A DNA stretch of 61,680 bases, the filler included, from Rhabdomonas costata (Eukaryota), in assembly GCA_019059605.1 (NCBI GenBank). It is 16 parts of 16 records of this genome, joined end to end, with 100 filler letters (N's around TTAATTAATTAA, not from the genome) between each part and the next. Parts side by side here need not be neighbours in the genome. Positions count along the whole stretch, not along the records: positions 1 to 3,766 come from JAHMHO010000536.1; positions 3,867 to 7,632 come from JAHMHO010000537.1; positions 7,733 to 11,496 come from JAHMHO010000538.1; positions 11,597 to 15,358 come from JAHMHO010000539.1; 12 more parts are not named here. One strand, given 5' to 3'. A program made the translations under genes and the position numbers. Numbering within the stretch: the stretch's first letter is position 1; each line of letters starts with the position of its first letter. The notes under the pieces were generated by a model, which did not search any database, was not told the DNA's origin, and saw only the letters and a list, made by a program, of their open reading frames with translations. Below, in pieces: positions 1 through 12,330 of this stretch.

Positions 1-3000
1 GGGGGGTGCTTCTGGCCCTCGTGAGCCGCAACGACCTCGCGGACGTCACCGCGGTGTTCGAGCGGCGTGCCGGGGAGATGATGCTTAACCTGGCCACACA
101 TATCGTCACCACGTATACCCCCGCACGTCCCGCTCGAAGGCTTTCTTCTTTCGGAAAGGAAGTGACCACTCTGAATGTTGCCTTTTGCGTTTGGCCAGGA
201 ATCGCCCCCACTGACCTCCGGGTTTCATTGTGACCCTTTCTTGATGAGGCTTGCTAATTGGTTTACCCGACCTATAGGCGGAGGCGTATTCCTTCTACCT
301 CATCCCTTCTCATCCTTTTTTTTTACCAATTCTTCCTTCGCAATTCCTGTTGGCTACGTTCACTGCAGGCCACTGGATGGTATGCCCAGGTGTTGATGAA
401 AGAAAATGAAAGGGGTTGATGATGAATCTTTTAAAGGGAATGAATAATCTGTCCCGGGTCTACATGCACGTGTCACTGCGCGGCAGGAGAGTGGGATGGG
501 GAGCGAAGTCTGCGGCAATCGCGGAGATTGCGACGGAGCTCAACCTTGGCCTCGACAGCTTCGGTTTTTTGGATGACTCCCCTGTGGAATGTGCTGAGGT
601 GTTTTTCCGCACCATACAACATTAATATTTTCAATTGAGGTCTTCGTAAAAAGTCAGTGCCGACGTTATTGGGAACTCACCCACCCCCATTGTTCGCACC
701 TTCACATGCAAATATATCAAATTTGTCTTCGGCTTGGAAGGCTGTCACGGGGTGTGGGGGTTCTCATTATACAACCTGGATGATGTCCCTTTTTTTCTTT
801 CTGCCACCAAGTTAAGTTTCAAGCATCGTTGGTCGGGCGAGCGAGAAACGTGCAAAAAGAGCGAAATGTCTATCCATGAATGTTGCTTTTTTTTTTTTTG
901 CTGATTTTCCTTCTTCCATTTCCTTCATAACACAACTTGTGAGACAAAATGGGAGAGAAGGAAGACGATTAAGGTGAAGCTCTCGTTGGTCGAACATCCC
1001 ATTTCCCTGCTTTCCCAAGGCCAAACCCGTGCTGCCAACTACGCAGTCGCGGAGTCCTCTCACACACAAACGAGAGTTTTCTTTTTGAAGGATCTGGCTC
1101 TGCGGAACCCCCTACCTCCCGTTGCACCACTCTTCAGCGTTACCACATCCTCTCCCTGCAAAAGAGAGACGTAGACCATGGCTCCCCTGTGGTGCTGTTC
1201 AGGTCGCTTCGGCACTTCCCGAGGTGAAAGTGGGGCACCTTCCGCACTGCCCGCAAGAGTACCTCTCTTTCCTGCTGAGCTGGTGGCCGCTGGATGCTCC
1301 ATTGCTACGAACCACCGCCGGTGGGAACTCTGACGGAGCTGGTACCGGGGAGGACGCCGCTCGCACGGAGATGTACAAGGCCGAGGTGTGCGTCCCGTCC
1401 CTTGTGGGCAGAAATCGCAAGACACAAAAGCCATGATGTAAGCTGGATTGATAAAAACCTACGAAGTGGAAGCATCCGCAGCGTTCCCTACTACTGATCA
1501 AATTAACTTCCTTTCATACGCGCGTGTGCAAGTGGTGACCTCGATTCGGTCTTTCCTCAAGGTCCCACTTGCGGACTTTCGTGACGGCGTGAACGGAGGA
1601 TATCAACTCCGTTATAGGTAGCTATGACACCAAAGATGTTTTCTGATCTTAGATGGGTTTTTTGCCGAAGCTTTTGTTGTTGAGTTGTTTTCGCCATGTG
1701 AACGTTAGCATTTGTAATTATCCGCAGTGCTCGTTTTGCGGACTGCCCCTTGCAGTCACTCGGCTGTGAGAATCGTATCGCCGAGCCTGTTTTACTTTCT
1801 ACATTGTTGCTATTCCTTGTTTTCAGGCGCAGCGTCGTGCGGCCAGGGCTCTCTCGGCCAGTGGGAGTGCCTTCCTGGCCTCTCTTCGGCTGCGGATGGA
1901 CATCTTCCTAGTTGGCGCGGGAACTGCGCAGGCTGCGCGGGTGGCCCAGCTCACCACCCGCACCAACCAGTTTGTGTGCTTCAAGGGGGAGGTATGTGTA
2001 TGCATGCTCGCATCTCTGCTAATTGCCATTCGCTGATCGGTGCAAATGCTTCAAAGGTTCCAAAGCCTCCCCACTACCGACTCACATCCCCATTACCGAC
2101 GCCATGTTTTGTGTCATTCTGGGAAGTGTGCGTGGAAATGTGCTTGTTCAGACACTCTCATGTTAACACTCACATCATGAGGTGCCTACACAATCATACA
2201 CTTTTGGTCTCGGCAGAGATCTTGCCGAGGTCTTGCAATCGTTGAGATCTTTGAGATCTTTGAGGTTTTGCAATTGCGTTGTTTACTGCGGGTAGTTTTA
2301 ATGAGCTTGGTATCTTTTCGTCGTATCCTGGCGATTAGGCCATTGACGAGCTGGAGGTGAACACTCTGATCACCTCCGGAGGTGCGTCCAGATTCTCGTA
2401 CATCTTCTATGCATCCCCTCCCCCCGCACCGACCAATGCAGTGGAATTCAGTAATTTGTGTGAACAAAATTTGCACCTGCATAGCAGTAAGTGCATCTTG
2501 GAAGCTGCCAACTTTTGCACCTTCCACAGTGTGGAGCCCAACCCAGTGCCCTTAAGTGAATGAAGCCTTGAAGGTAGGGGATGAAGGCTCCTTTTTTCCC
2601 CGTAATCTCTCATCTATGGTGCTTTTTCGGCTGCGCTTCGGTTTGGTCCTGGACTCATAGAGCTTGTCGTGCTGGGGCTCAGCGTCACGGATCGCTTTGG
2701 GTTCTACGGCCTCACCGCGGCAGCGTTTCTTCGCGTGGGCGGCCAGGGCTCGTGGTTTGGATCCTCAGGCATGATCACAGGACTCCTTGCGCGCTGTGGG
2801 GAGCACTAACTGAAACGAAAGAATTTTTTGTCTGTTTGATGCGGGCGCTTCTGAATGCTTGGCAGCAACCCAGCTCAGCCCGACGGGGCCAGAGAGGGGT
2901 GTGGAGGCGGATGAATCCCGGAGATTGCTGTGTTTGGAGGCTGGTGAGGTCATGCTTTGCGGTAATTCCCCCAAAAGTCAGGGCCCCATCACTCGTCGAA

Positions 3001-3217
3001 CCAATCTCCACAATTCCAATGATGTGTCGGATGCGTGTGGTGGGCGCAATGCGCCCACGCATTGGCTGTTGCCTGGTTGCATGGTTGGGTCTATGGTTTA
3101 TCGCGGTTTTGCGCAGCGGTGCTTTCTGACGCGCTTCTCGTGGAGAGATTCCTGATGAGTTGTAGGGTACTGAACCGTGGAGTAGAGCACGCTCTGGTCC
3201 GCCGCCTTGCGGCGGAG
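1..3217 (+). CDS. FkbH-like protein (HAD-IIIC phosphatase plus C-terminal GNAT-like region), spliced, partial at both ends
   Basis: Phase-consistent exons ~3-112, 487-598, 1203-1385, 1827-1991, 2339-2381, 2661-~2740/2768, ~2859/2866-2943 and 3117-3217. They give FkbH motifs in the correct order: LALVSRN, WGAKS..IATELNLGLDSFGFLDDSPVEC, EDAARTEMYKAE, RVAQLTTRTNQF, DRFGFYGL, FLMSCRVLNRGVE. Introns are mostly GT-AG. Confidence 0.9.
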
Positions 3218-3766
3218 GTGTGTCGACGGCTTTGCAGTCGCTGCGTTTCTTGCGTATCCCTCGGCGCCGTACCCATCCTGTTGCATACAAGCTTTGTTTT
3301 GCCTGATAAAAGGGAAGTCATCATTTCAGTCCTTCTCTTGTGCGAAGTCAGTTTGCACTTGGTTCCTCAATCGGGCAATCTGTTGCGCTTTTTCACGGCA
3401 AGGCAATAAGCGCTCTGTAGGATAGAAGCCTGCTATCATCAAATATTCCTGGGGCAAACCTCGCATCACCGCACAGCAGCTTCCGATTGGCGTAAGGAAC
3501 GAGCATAAAGAGACCGAAAGAATGCCACAACGCGCCTCACACTGACTTCTTTGGACTTCTGCAGCGCTGACCAGTGGGAGCCTCCCAGCACCCACCGAAG
3601 GGAGGGTGTAGGTGACCGTCTTGTGTCAGGGGCAAAGGGGATGACGCGGAAGGATTGACGCGCAAAGGGGATGACGCGGACGTGGATTTGGGTGCCTGCA
3701 CCACCTTTTTTTTTCCAGGCTCAGGAGAGAGGGAAATCGAGGCTGGCGTTCCGCTTCCACCCACCC

Positions 3767-3866
3767 NNNNNNNNNNNNNNNNNNNNNNNNNNNNNNNNNN
3801 NNNNNNNNNNTTAATTAATTAANNNNNNNNNNNNNNNNNNNNNNNNNNNNNNNNNNNNNNNNNNNN
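3767..3866. other. Artificial contig linker N44-TTAATTAATTAA-N44 (first of 15)
   Basis: Identical 100-nt spacers with stops in all frames also lie at 7633-7732, 11497-11596, 15359-15458, 19218-19317, 23076-23175, 26958-27057, 30823-30922, 34680-34779, 38539-38638, 42394-42493, 46246-46345, 50098-50197, 53966-54065 and 57823-57922. Confidence 0.99.
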
Positions 3867-6800
3867 GTTTTTTGTGACTAAATTTCCACTGCGGACACGG
3901 AGGTGACCGGATATATCATTCTGGGGAAGCAGTTTTGTAATTGGGGGGCGTTGGGCTTGCAGTGGTCTAAATTTCGCTGGATGCGAGCTTCGGTACCAAA
4001 TGTATCACGATAGATGTCCCGATTGCGGCATCGTTCGTACATTTGCATGGGAAGTAGAGCGCTTCTCGGCACGGCGGCCTCCGGAAATTTAGATTTTTCC
4101 GAGACAGGTAGACTGCCTGATGTCATGTTGCATGTATGGCGACTCTTTTATGTCGCGACCAGTGATGGAAATCACGGGTAGTTATTGATGTGCGGGTATT
4201 GCTCGTCACAGAAAAGTTTGCCGCTGGTAGAGCTGGATGGCTTCAACCGCTTCCAATTCCAGAAGTGTTTGCTGTGATGTGACTGTTGGAGGTTTTGGCG
4301 GCGGTCTCAACCGCGTAGTTGGCTCCGGATGGGCTTGGCGCCATTAAACTTTTCGTATGTATTACTTCTTAACGTGTGGCGTTTGCGTGGAAAGCAGTTA
4401 GCAATGATATTGCTTTGTTGCCTCCGTGACCTGTTTCTATGAAGCAAAAGTGCCTCAAGACAATCTGCTATAAAAAACGTGCTTTTTCTTTTCGGCACCA
4501 TTGCGGGCCAATGTCGTGTCCTGCAAACTTCAGGAACCCAGGGTTTTTTGTAGTTTTGTTGCGGTGCGCCCGGAAGCCGTTGGGACAAATGAGCCCGCAA
4601 ATGGGACAAATTTTTGCATTTTTGCCGTTTGATCGGTTTGAAGTCAAGCCATTATGATATTTGGTGCTCCCAGCATTTCGTGGGTGAAGGGTTTGGTAGG
4701 GGCCAGGTCTTTTTTGGAACACGGCGGGGTGGCATGACGCAATGAAAGAAATTTCCATTTTTCTCAAGAAGTTCGCTTTCGTGTTGAAAAAACATTCGAA
4801 ATAAACAAAAACCTTAAACCAAAGACGGGTAAAAAAAGCTGACAGCTTTTCTCAAAGTCGTTAGCGGAGCAAAAAATTATGACCAAAAAGTCGCTTGTCA
4901 GGACTCTCGTGCAATGTCGGCGGTCGGTTTCTGAACATCCCCCTGGGAACTAGACCCTATTTACTGGAACCTACTTTGTAAAATACCGTGTTGGATGGGT
5001 TTTCCAGGAATCCTTTCGAATCCCAATGCAAAAGGTTTACAAATAGCAAAGAAAAAACGGGATGGAGAATCCCGTAATTCAAGAAAACGACGTGGAGAGA
5101 ATGCCAAAAAACAGAAAAAGAGAATTCCAGGCGTATAAAAAAGGACAATGTTTACGCGGGTTTTGGAAAAATGAATGAAAACACGCGCATCACGGCAACA
5201 GGCGCAGGGCCTAAATCACATTTGAAGTAACTGGGCAACGGACCGGCTGAAGGCTGTTCGCACCACCGTTAACCGCTGAGTTGTAGTTGCTGTCAGGTAA
5301 TCTAGTCGGTTGTGGTTATGTACATAAATTCGTGCATATTGTGCATCTGGTGGAGGAATGTTTTACCGCTTGTATTCTTTAGTTGGAAATTCAAAACCCC
5401 CGTGTGGAGTAAGGTATGGCAGTGCTTACATCTAGGACAAACTGACCATGCAGTTGTGGGTTCAGTTTGTGATCTGCTGTAGATTGTACGTTTGTTGTTG
5501 GATGCAAACTTGCATTTCTGTAAACCTGGTGATCAAGAAACTGATCACTGAGTCTATTTTGTATTGCAGCTGTTGATTGATTTAACCATGGAAAAGGCGG
5601 CATTATTTATTATTTATTATTGCTGGGTGGCTTCTTTAGGTACTGTGAACGGAAGAAAGTAGAATGCCGGTTGGTTAAAGTGATCCGACTGGCGTTAAGC
5701 TATGTGCTGATGTGTGTTTATATCATTTATTTGAAAAACATTTGAGAATTTGGAATTGTACTTGCAATTTAGGTTGTTGCTGTAGATTAAAAGCAATATT
5801 GCAAATGTGAATCAAATGTAGAAGTTCATTTGTGTTGCGTGGTTAACGCTTTAAAAAACTGGTCCGAGGAAAGCATTCGACTTTAGGACCACAACATTGT
5901 GCGTTCATTGTCAATCCATACTATGCTGAATGCCACTTTTGCGACTGTAGTTGAAATGTGATATGGTGGTACTAATGGTAGAGTTGTTAGACTGTAGTAC
6001 TGTAGATTGGCTGTCAGTTTTTGTGAACTCATCAGCGTATATTGGCGTAGTGACAGGTGGTGGTTTTGGTGGACGGGGGGACTTTTGTGTACCAGTCAAT
6101 CAGATTTTATGATTTGTTGACAGTTTACAGACAGGAGTTAACGATGGTGCCTACATAGGCTTGAAGTTCACATTCACTTAGATATAAGAATCTGGTTTCC
6201 GGAGGACATTAATTGCCACTTTAACTGGTTTTGTACGTGGAAATTAGCATGGACAAGACTCCTGCTATAACGCGGGTTTAGGCGTGGGTTTTTGATCAGA
6301 CTGCCGGTAAGATTGGACAGTTGCAGCAGCGGCAACAATATCATGGGAGTTGTGATCTATTGTGTTACCAAATGATAAAAAAGCTTCCAGTGTTATTTAT
6401 TTGGGTAAAAAACAGGTAGTGGTTGCAAAATAACACAATGTTTAGGTAAAAATGTTCACATTGTTTCAGCACTCATTGTTAATTTACCAGCGTTAGCTGC
6501 AAAACAATTGCTCTTTCTTTATGACTCTTGAACTTCCTCGTTTTCAGTCCTCTTTACCATACCAGGTGCGCGAAAACGGCCCAGAACGGCTGAGGGCCCA
6601 GTGCGGCCCTGTGCGGATTTCCGCCATTCCGGCGCCCAAGAAAGCACAAGCCACGTCACACCGCGCCCAGGAGCCCGGGCACACCGCGCCTGGGCCCTAA
6701 CACGGGGGCCGGAGACAAGATCAGAAAAAAGTCCTGCAACGGTGGCTGCGTCGTTCGGGTGGTTTTCTGGTTTCATCATGGTTTGTTTGATTTAGTCATT

Positions 6801-7732
6801 GGTCATTGGTCATTTGGTGGATGCCCATTCTTGACGACGCAAGGGTTGTGACACGTTAATCATGCGGAAGGTTGCCTCTCACTGGAATCCGCGGGGCTGC
6901 GGACCACTGGGATTTACCAATTGCGGCCGCATTTCTGGCAAAGAACCCAGAAATAAGACTGGACTACAGCGATGCTGTACTGCGCTAAGCTTAGCAGAAC
7001 TAGCGGGGGCACCAAAATTCCGTGGAGATCTTCAACCTGGTTTGCGTGAGTGGTACTCTCCTAATTGCAGGAAGGCCTATCACGAGACCTATCCTGGCCA
7101 AGGGATTTTTGGAAACCATACCGCGCCATTTCACTAAGTTCGAACGGCACACGGGCGCCCCCGTAAAAAAATTTTGCACCTCCCTCCCCCGGGAGAAACC
7201 CCTTTGTGGTGTACTCCAGCCCACCACCTTCCAAGAGCAGTGCGTCTTCACTTCACAATCGGTCATATCTTTTCGATGTGCCTGGGCTCGGTGCTCAACG
7301 GGTGCGACACTTGGCCGGTTTGGCGGGACATCCACACGTGCCGTCAGGCGCCACCGCTGCGCCTGCAGTGCCCAGTGAGAGCCCCACCTCAATGTTCATC
7401 GCGAGGAGCTCCACGCAGAGGTAGATGAAGGAGAAGGGCAGGTGTACCGTCTGCGGGCGAAGCGGCGCAGGGACGCAGTGTGCACGAATGGGAAAGGAGA
7501 TCCAAGCAATGGTATGGATGAGCGGATGACAATGACGGCATCAGACGGAATCCCCAGGTCCAAAGAATGGGAATCCACAGCTGCACACCACAAACGTGAA
7601 AAGTCAGAAGCCACCTAAACGCCAACAAAACCNNNNNNNNNNNNNNNNNNNNNNNNNNNNNNNNNNNNNNNNNNNNTTAATTAATTAANNNNNNNNNNNN
7701 NNNNNNNNNNNNNNNNNNNNNNNNNNNNNNNN

Positions 7733-10700
7733 GCTGCCAACCGTCAGTTCCCTTTCACCACACTGTTCGTTACCACATCCCTGGCACCCGCCGACGAGTT
7801 AGTCGCGGCCCTCGGCAGCATTCCGACCAATGTACTTGTCTCCGAAGTGATTCCTCTCCAGAGCAGCTCAGTTCAGCCGAGCCAGCTTGCCAGTGATTTC
7901 CTCTCTGCGGCCACCGCAGCTGGCCCCCACACCACGTCGCCTGGGGCTGTTGTTGTTGAAGCTTATCTTGTTGGCCGGTTTTGCAGCGCAGTTGTTCGCC
8001 AAATGGCATCCAGCAGTGGTAGCACAGCGTTTGTCTCCACTCTGTTCACCAGCTCTCTGGTTTACGTCAGCGGGCTTTATCTGGGGCCGTACACTGCAGG
8101 AAATTGCAGCGCAGGGCTCTCTGAGATATGGGTTGCAAACGCCTCTGGGGTTTCCACACCCCTTGTTGTTCCCGTGGATCGTGTGACAGGGATCGCTTCT
8201 TCGTCTCTGAACAGCTTCGTTGTATTCGGGCAGTCCGTGGCTTTGTCCGGGGTTGCGGCGGACAGTGGGATGAAAATGCGGCTGGGAGTCTGGGCAGCCT
8301 TTGCCGCACAGAACGCCAACGGGGGAATTTTTGGCCGCAAGGTGGCCTTGGAAACCCTCGATGACGGCTACACTGCGGCTGGGGCGAAGTCCAACACGGC
8401 GAGCTTTGTTCAGGACAGCCGCATTCTGGCCCTGGTTGGGTTCTACGGTACTGGACCTGCCGTGGAGGCCAGCTCCATCGCCTCGGCCAGCACTATTGGC
8501 CTTGTGGGGCCTTACAGTGGCTCGGAGGCACTGCGGTTGCCCTTCCAGCCCAACACGGTCAATGTTCGGGCCTCATACTCTGACGAGATTACCGCCCTGG
8601 TGAAGTATCTCACCACCAATACTCAGGCCACGAGGGTTTCGATCTTCTACCAAAACGACAGGTGTGACTGTGGCTTTCACTGCGCTTTTCTTCTTCTGAT
8701 TCATTGGAGCCTATTTCGAGAAGGAAAACAAGCGAATAAAGCACGCTGTGACGGCATCCATAATTGTCCAAGAATCAAATGCTTAATTGTCATCGTCGTC
8801 GTCATCACTGTCGTCATCATCCTCATCTGACATCACCCTATGACATCATCGAATGACATCAAGATTCCCTGTATTGTCGTGCTCGTCAATTTGTTGCCAC
8901 ACTGTGGTTGTATGCTTCTTGTGTTTGTCGTGTGTTTGTGCAGCTTTGGGCTGGCAGGCCTGTACGCCCTGGTGAACACCCCAACCGCAGTTAACCTTAA
9001 GCTCTTCAGCAGTGCTGCGTACAGCCTGACTGGCGCCACGGACTTCGCCAGCTCAGTGCGGCGCCTGCTAGGGGGGTCCTCCGCGACGTGCCCCGAGGCG
9101 GTAGTTGTGCACGCGCTGGGACAGTACGCTGCCCCGCTGATTGCGCAGGCCCAGGCGGGCTTTCCCACCACTCCGGTGTTCCTGTTAACCTCTCCCGCGG
9201 CGGTCTCTGCGGAGATGCTGCGGCAATATGGCGGAAGCCCAGATGGGGTGCTGATCTCGCAGGTCTTTGCTTGAGCGAGGAAGAGGGCGGGAGTGGACTT
9301 CGAAAGCGGAAAAATTTTCGATTTCTATCTGTCGGCTCGTGGGGTCAGATCGGGAACGGCGTTTTGGATCCCCTTGTTACTCGTGCTTCCTGGTGAACAG
9401 CATCAACGCTGCTACGCGAATCTGGCAGTTTTTTCGTGAGTACATCTTACATCGATAAATCTATGCCTGGTTTACAGCTGAAACTTTCACATCTACCTGC
9501 CATGCTGCGCCTAAACTCTCTTTGGGTAGTCGTTGCCTCTCTTCCTCTTCTTTCAAGGTGGTTCCCTCTCCGGTGGACACCACCCTGCCGGTGATCCAGG
9601 ACTACCTCTCCGCACTTCGCTTGGTTAACTCTTCCGCATCTCCCGACTGGGTTTCCCTGGAGGGCTATCTCTCCGGCCGCCTTGCCCTGGCCGTGGCGCA
9701 GCGAATGAACCCCACCCAGCTGACCAGCCGCCAGGCCTTCGTGGACGCGGTGTACCAGAGCTCCTCGTTCCTCCTCAGTGGGCTCCCTTTGGGCCCATAC
9801 GCCAGCGTTAGCGCGGCCTCACCGTGCAACCAGGGCATGAGGTGGGTGTGGGTGACAAAGCTAAACAACAGCACCAGCACCAGCAGCTATTCTGTGGTGG
9901 ACATTTTCCAATTCTCCACCGCGGCATGCCAGAGCGACGCCACGTCGGTGTGATGGGGCGGGAGTTGAGAATTTTTTGTGGCCCACATATCACTTTTTTC
10001 TCAAGTTACTATTTGCTGGAATGATGAGATCTTCTGTCATTTTTGAGAGGTGAAACTGATGAGTAATCCGAGAAGCGAAGGTCGTCAACACATTCCAAAG
10101 TAAGGATGTACACAGCTTCTTCTGTCCTGAGGTCCCGAGGTTTTCTGCAAGCAACACAGAACGGAATTTCTTTTGGATATTTTTGTGTTTTTGTGTGTTG
10201 TGTCAGCTATGGCGTGATATCTGTGTGGGCTCCACAGCTTCCGAAGTTCCTGTTGCTCGGGCAGTCCACCGCACTGTCCGGCGGGATGACGGCCGGCGCG
10301 GAACTCCGCGCCGGCATTACCGCAGCGCTGACCGCCGCCAACGCCGATGGCGGAGTCTTTGGGCACAAGCTTATCCTGCGGGTGCTGGACGACGGCTACA
10401 TTCCTGCTAACACCACCCGGAATACTATCGCGCTTGCCCAGGGCGACGGGGCCTACGGGCTGATCGGGTACCTGGGCTCGGCTACTTCCCAGGCCGCCCT
10501 GGAGGTTGCGGTGAACTATTCGATCCCTCTGGTGGGGGCCTACGCCGGGAGTGATGGGCTGCGGATTCCCTTCCAGTACAACGCGATCAACATTCGCGCG
10601 GGGTACAGGTTCTCTTGCCTTGGACTCCTCAATTAATTCTTGATATCTTGCGCCCAACGGCGTGCCAGCGGCTTCTCGCAGAGAGACGAGAGGCGGGAGC

Positions 10701-11253
10701 ATGGACAGGGTCGATTCGGTTCGGTTCCGGTTTTCTTCTGAAGGGGGGGAGGTATAAGTTCGACATCTCATTCGATTGCTTGCGCGGCCCAGTGCCGAAT
10801 CACCGGAAGCTTTTGAGGTTGTGGTCTCACGCTTTTTTGTCCGCCTAGAATGTATTCGCAGTACTCTACTTCTGGCCGAATAAGGGATGATTTTTTGTTT
10901 CATAACTTGAGCTTTTTGCAGCTTATTTACGGCTTCATTGCTCCTCCTTGGGATGTCGTGCACGTGAGCGCCCATTTGCGATCTCTCGGGAGGCGAGTAA
11001 GAGTAATTCGGGCTCTTCTGGAACGTTGCGGATGTATTGCACAAGCCAAGAGGCATAACTTGGCAGTCCTTGGTGCTCTTATCCATTGCGGATGAAAAGC
11101 TGAGAAGGATTGCAAGGGTCGCGCGGGGTTGAAACCCGCGAAGCATCCCTACCTTCCCTCGCTGCTTCAGGGACGAGATCAATGGTTTGGTGAACTATGT
11201 GCTGAACTTCACCCCGTACACGAGAATTTCTTACTTCTACCAGAATGACAGCT
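7733..11253 (+). CDS. Protein with at least 3 tandem type-1 periplasmic-binding (Venus flytrap) domains, probable receptor ectodomain; spliced, partial
   Basis: Exons 7733-8661, 8944-9262, 9558-~9943, 10207-10608 and 11171-11253 join in frame via GT-AG introns. Repeated motifs GQS.ALSG..G...R.G..AA...N..GG.FG.K..L..LDDGY, LR.PF...N.RA.Y.DEI..LV.Y, FYQND.FG, SQVVP and LEGYL.GR are typical of PBP1 ligand-binding domains. Confidence 0.88.
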
Positions 11254-11619
11254 GTATGCGCAGCTGGGGGAGGGGTTGCTCGCGGGTTGCGCTATGGAGG
11301 CGTGAAAATAAGGTAAGTTACATCCCGAAACTCAGAATTTAGTACGAGATCAATGGTTTGGTGAACTATGTGCTGAACTTCACCCCGTAAACGAGAATTT
11401 CTTACTTCTACCAGAATGACAGCTGTATGCGCAGCTGGGGGAGGGGTTGCTCGCGGGTTGCGCTATGGAGGCGTGAAAATAAGGTAAGTTACACCCNNNN
11501 NNNNNNNNNNNNNNNNNNNNNNNNNNNNNNNNNNNNNNNNTTAATTAATTAANNNNNNNNNNNNNNNNNNNNNNNNNNNNNNNNNNNNNNNNNNNNGTGT
11601 GGGTGTGTTTGGTGGGGGT

Positions 11620-11750
11620 GGGGAGAGGAGCGGCGCGGGTCTGGAGTCGGTCGAAGACGGCGGGAGAAGGTATTGTACAATTTGACTTTCGTCATGCGTT
11701 CAACCTCTGCAGTCGTCAAGTGATGTTTGAAGAGGTTTTTGTGCCCAAGC
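11620..11750 (+). mobile_element. Fragment of CRE-like non-LTR reverse transcriptase
   Basis: AARVWS...IVQFDFRHAFNLCSRQVMFEEV resembles the DFxNAFNxxxR RT motif of CRE-type elements. Confidence 0.6.
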
Positions 11751-11974
11751 TTCTGCTTTCTATTCACGGGCGCACGTGTTATCCCGTTCCCGGTCCCGGG
11801 TTCTCGTCTCCGGGGTGGAGGAACCATCGCTCAAACTCGTGCATGAATACGCGATGACAGGAGGCGAGAAAAGATATCAAGTCACTCTCTGAAAAAGGGT
11901 GAGTCGTCACACTCCACCGATTCATGAAATTCATGAAAGCCCAGCGAGTCGATCGCAGCAGGGTGGTGAGCGAG

Positions 11975-12330
11975 AGGACCTCAAAAACCCCAAACCTCCA
12001 GAGGAGACATCGGAATCGGGCATTTTAAGATGACCTCCAATGTGCTTTGGACCTTTTATTTTTGTTGTAAGTGATGACCCATGTTGGAGTGGGAATGCAC
12101 GGAGGAGATGGATGATTTTACAGGAGGAGCCCCTCCACGACCTCAAGATGAGCAAAACAGCGTGGAGGTTCCCGATATCTGTGAACCGCTCCTTGCACCG
12201 CTGAATGTCGGAGCGTAGCTTATAAAGGAAATTACCAGCAAACTCACCCGTGCCTATGGGGCTACCCAGCAAAACGAAGGCTGGACCCCGCCAGGAGAGT
12301 TTAGACCGGATAGGCCACCCAGTCCTTCTG
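11975..12330 (-). mobile_element. Degenerate CRE-like non-LTR RT, C-terminal (thumb) fragment
   Basis: RLGL...LLGSPIGTGEF...L.DIGNLHAVLLILRS....KIIHLLRAFP...GGLGF matches the post-RT LGxPIG / LLR / GGLG pattern. Confidence 0.65.

Noticed and set aside
3811-3822. Regularly spaced TTAATTAATTAA palindromes
   Set aside because: Artificial stop-codon linker inside N runs, not a repeat array or CRISPR.
10085-11182. 365-aa minus-strand ORF
   Set aside because: Antisense shadow of a GC-rich VFT exon and its introns, with no motifs.
11343-11496. Direct duplication of the exon and intron start at 11173-11325, with TAC changed to TAA
   Set aside because: Lies at the contig end of an amplified library, so most likely a chimera or misassembly.
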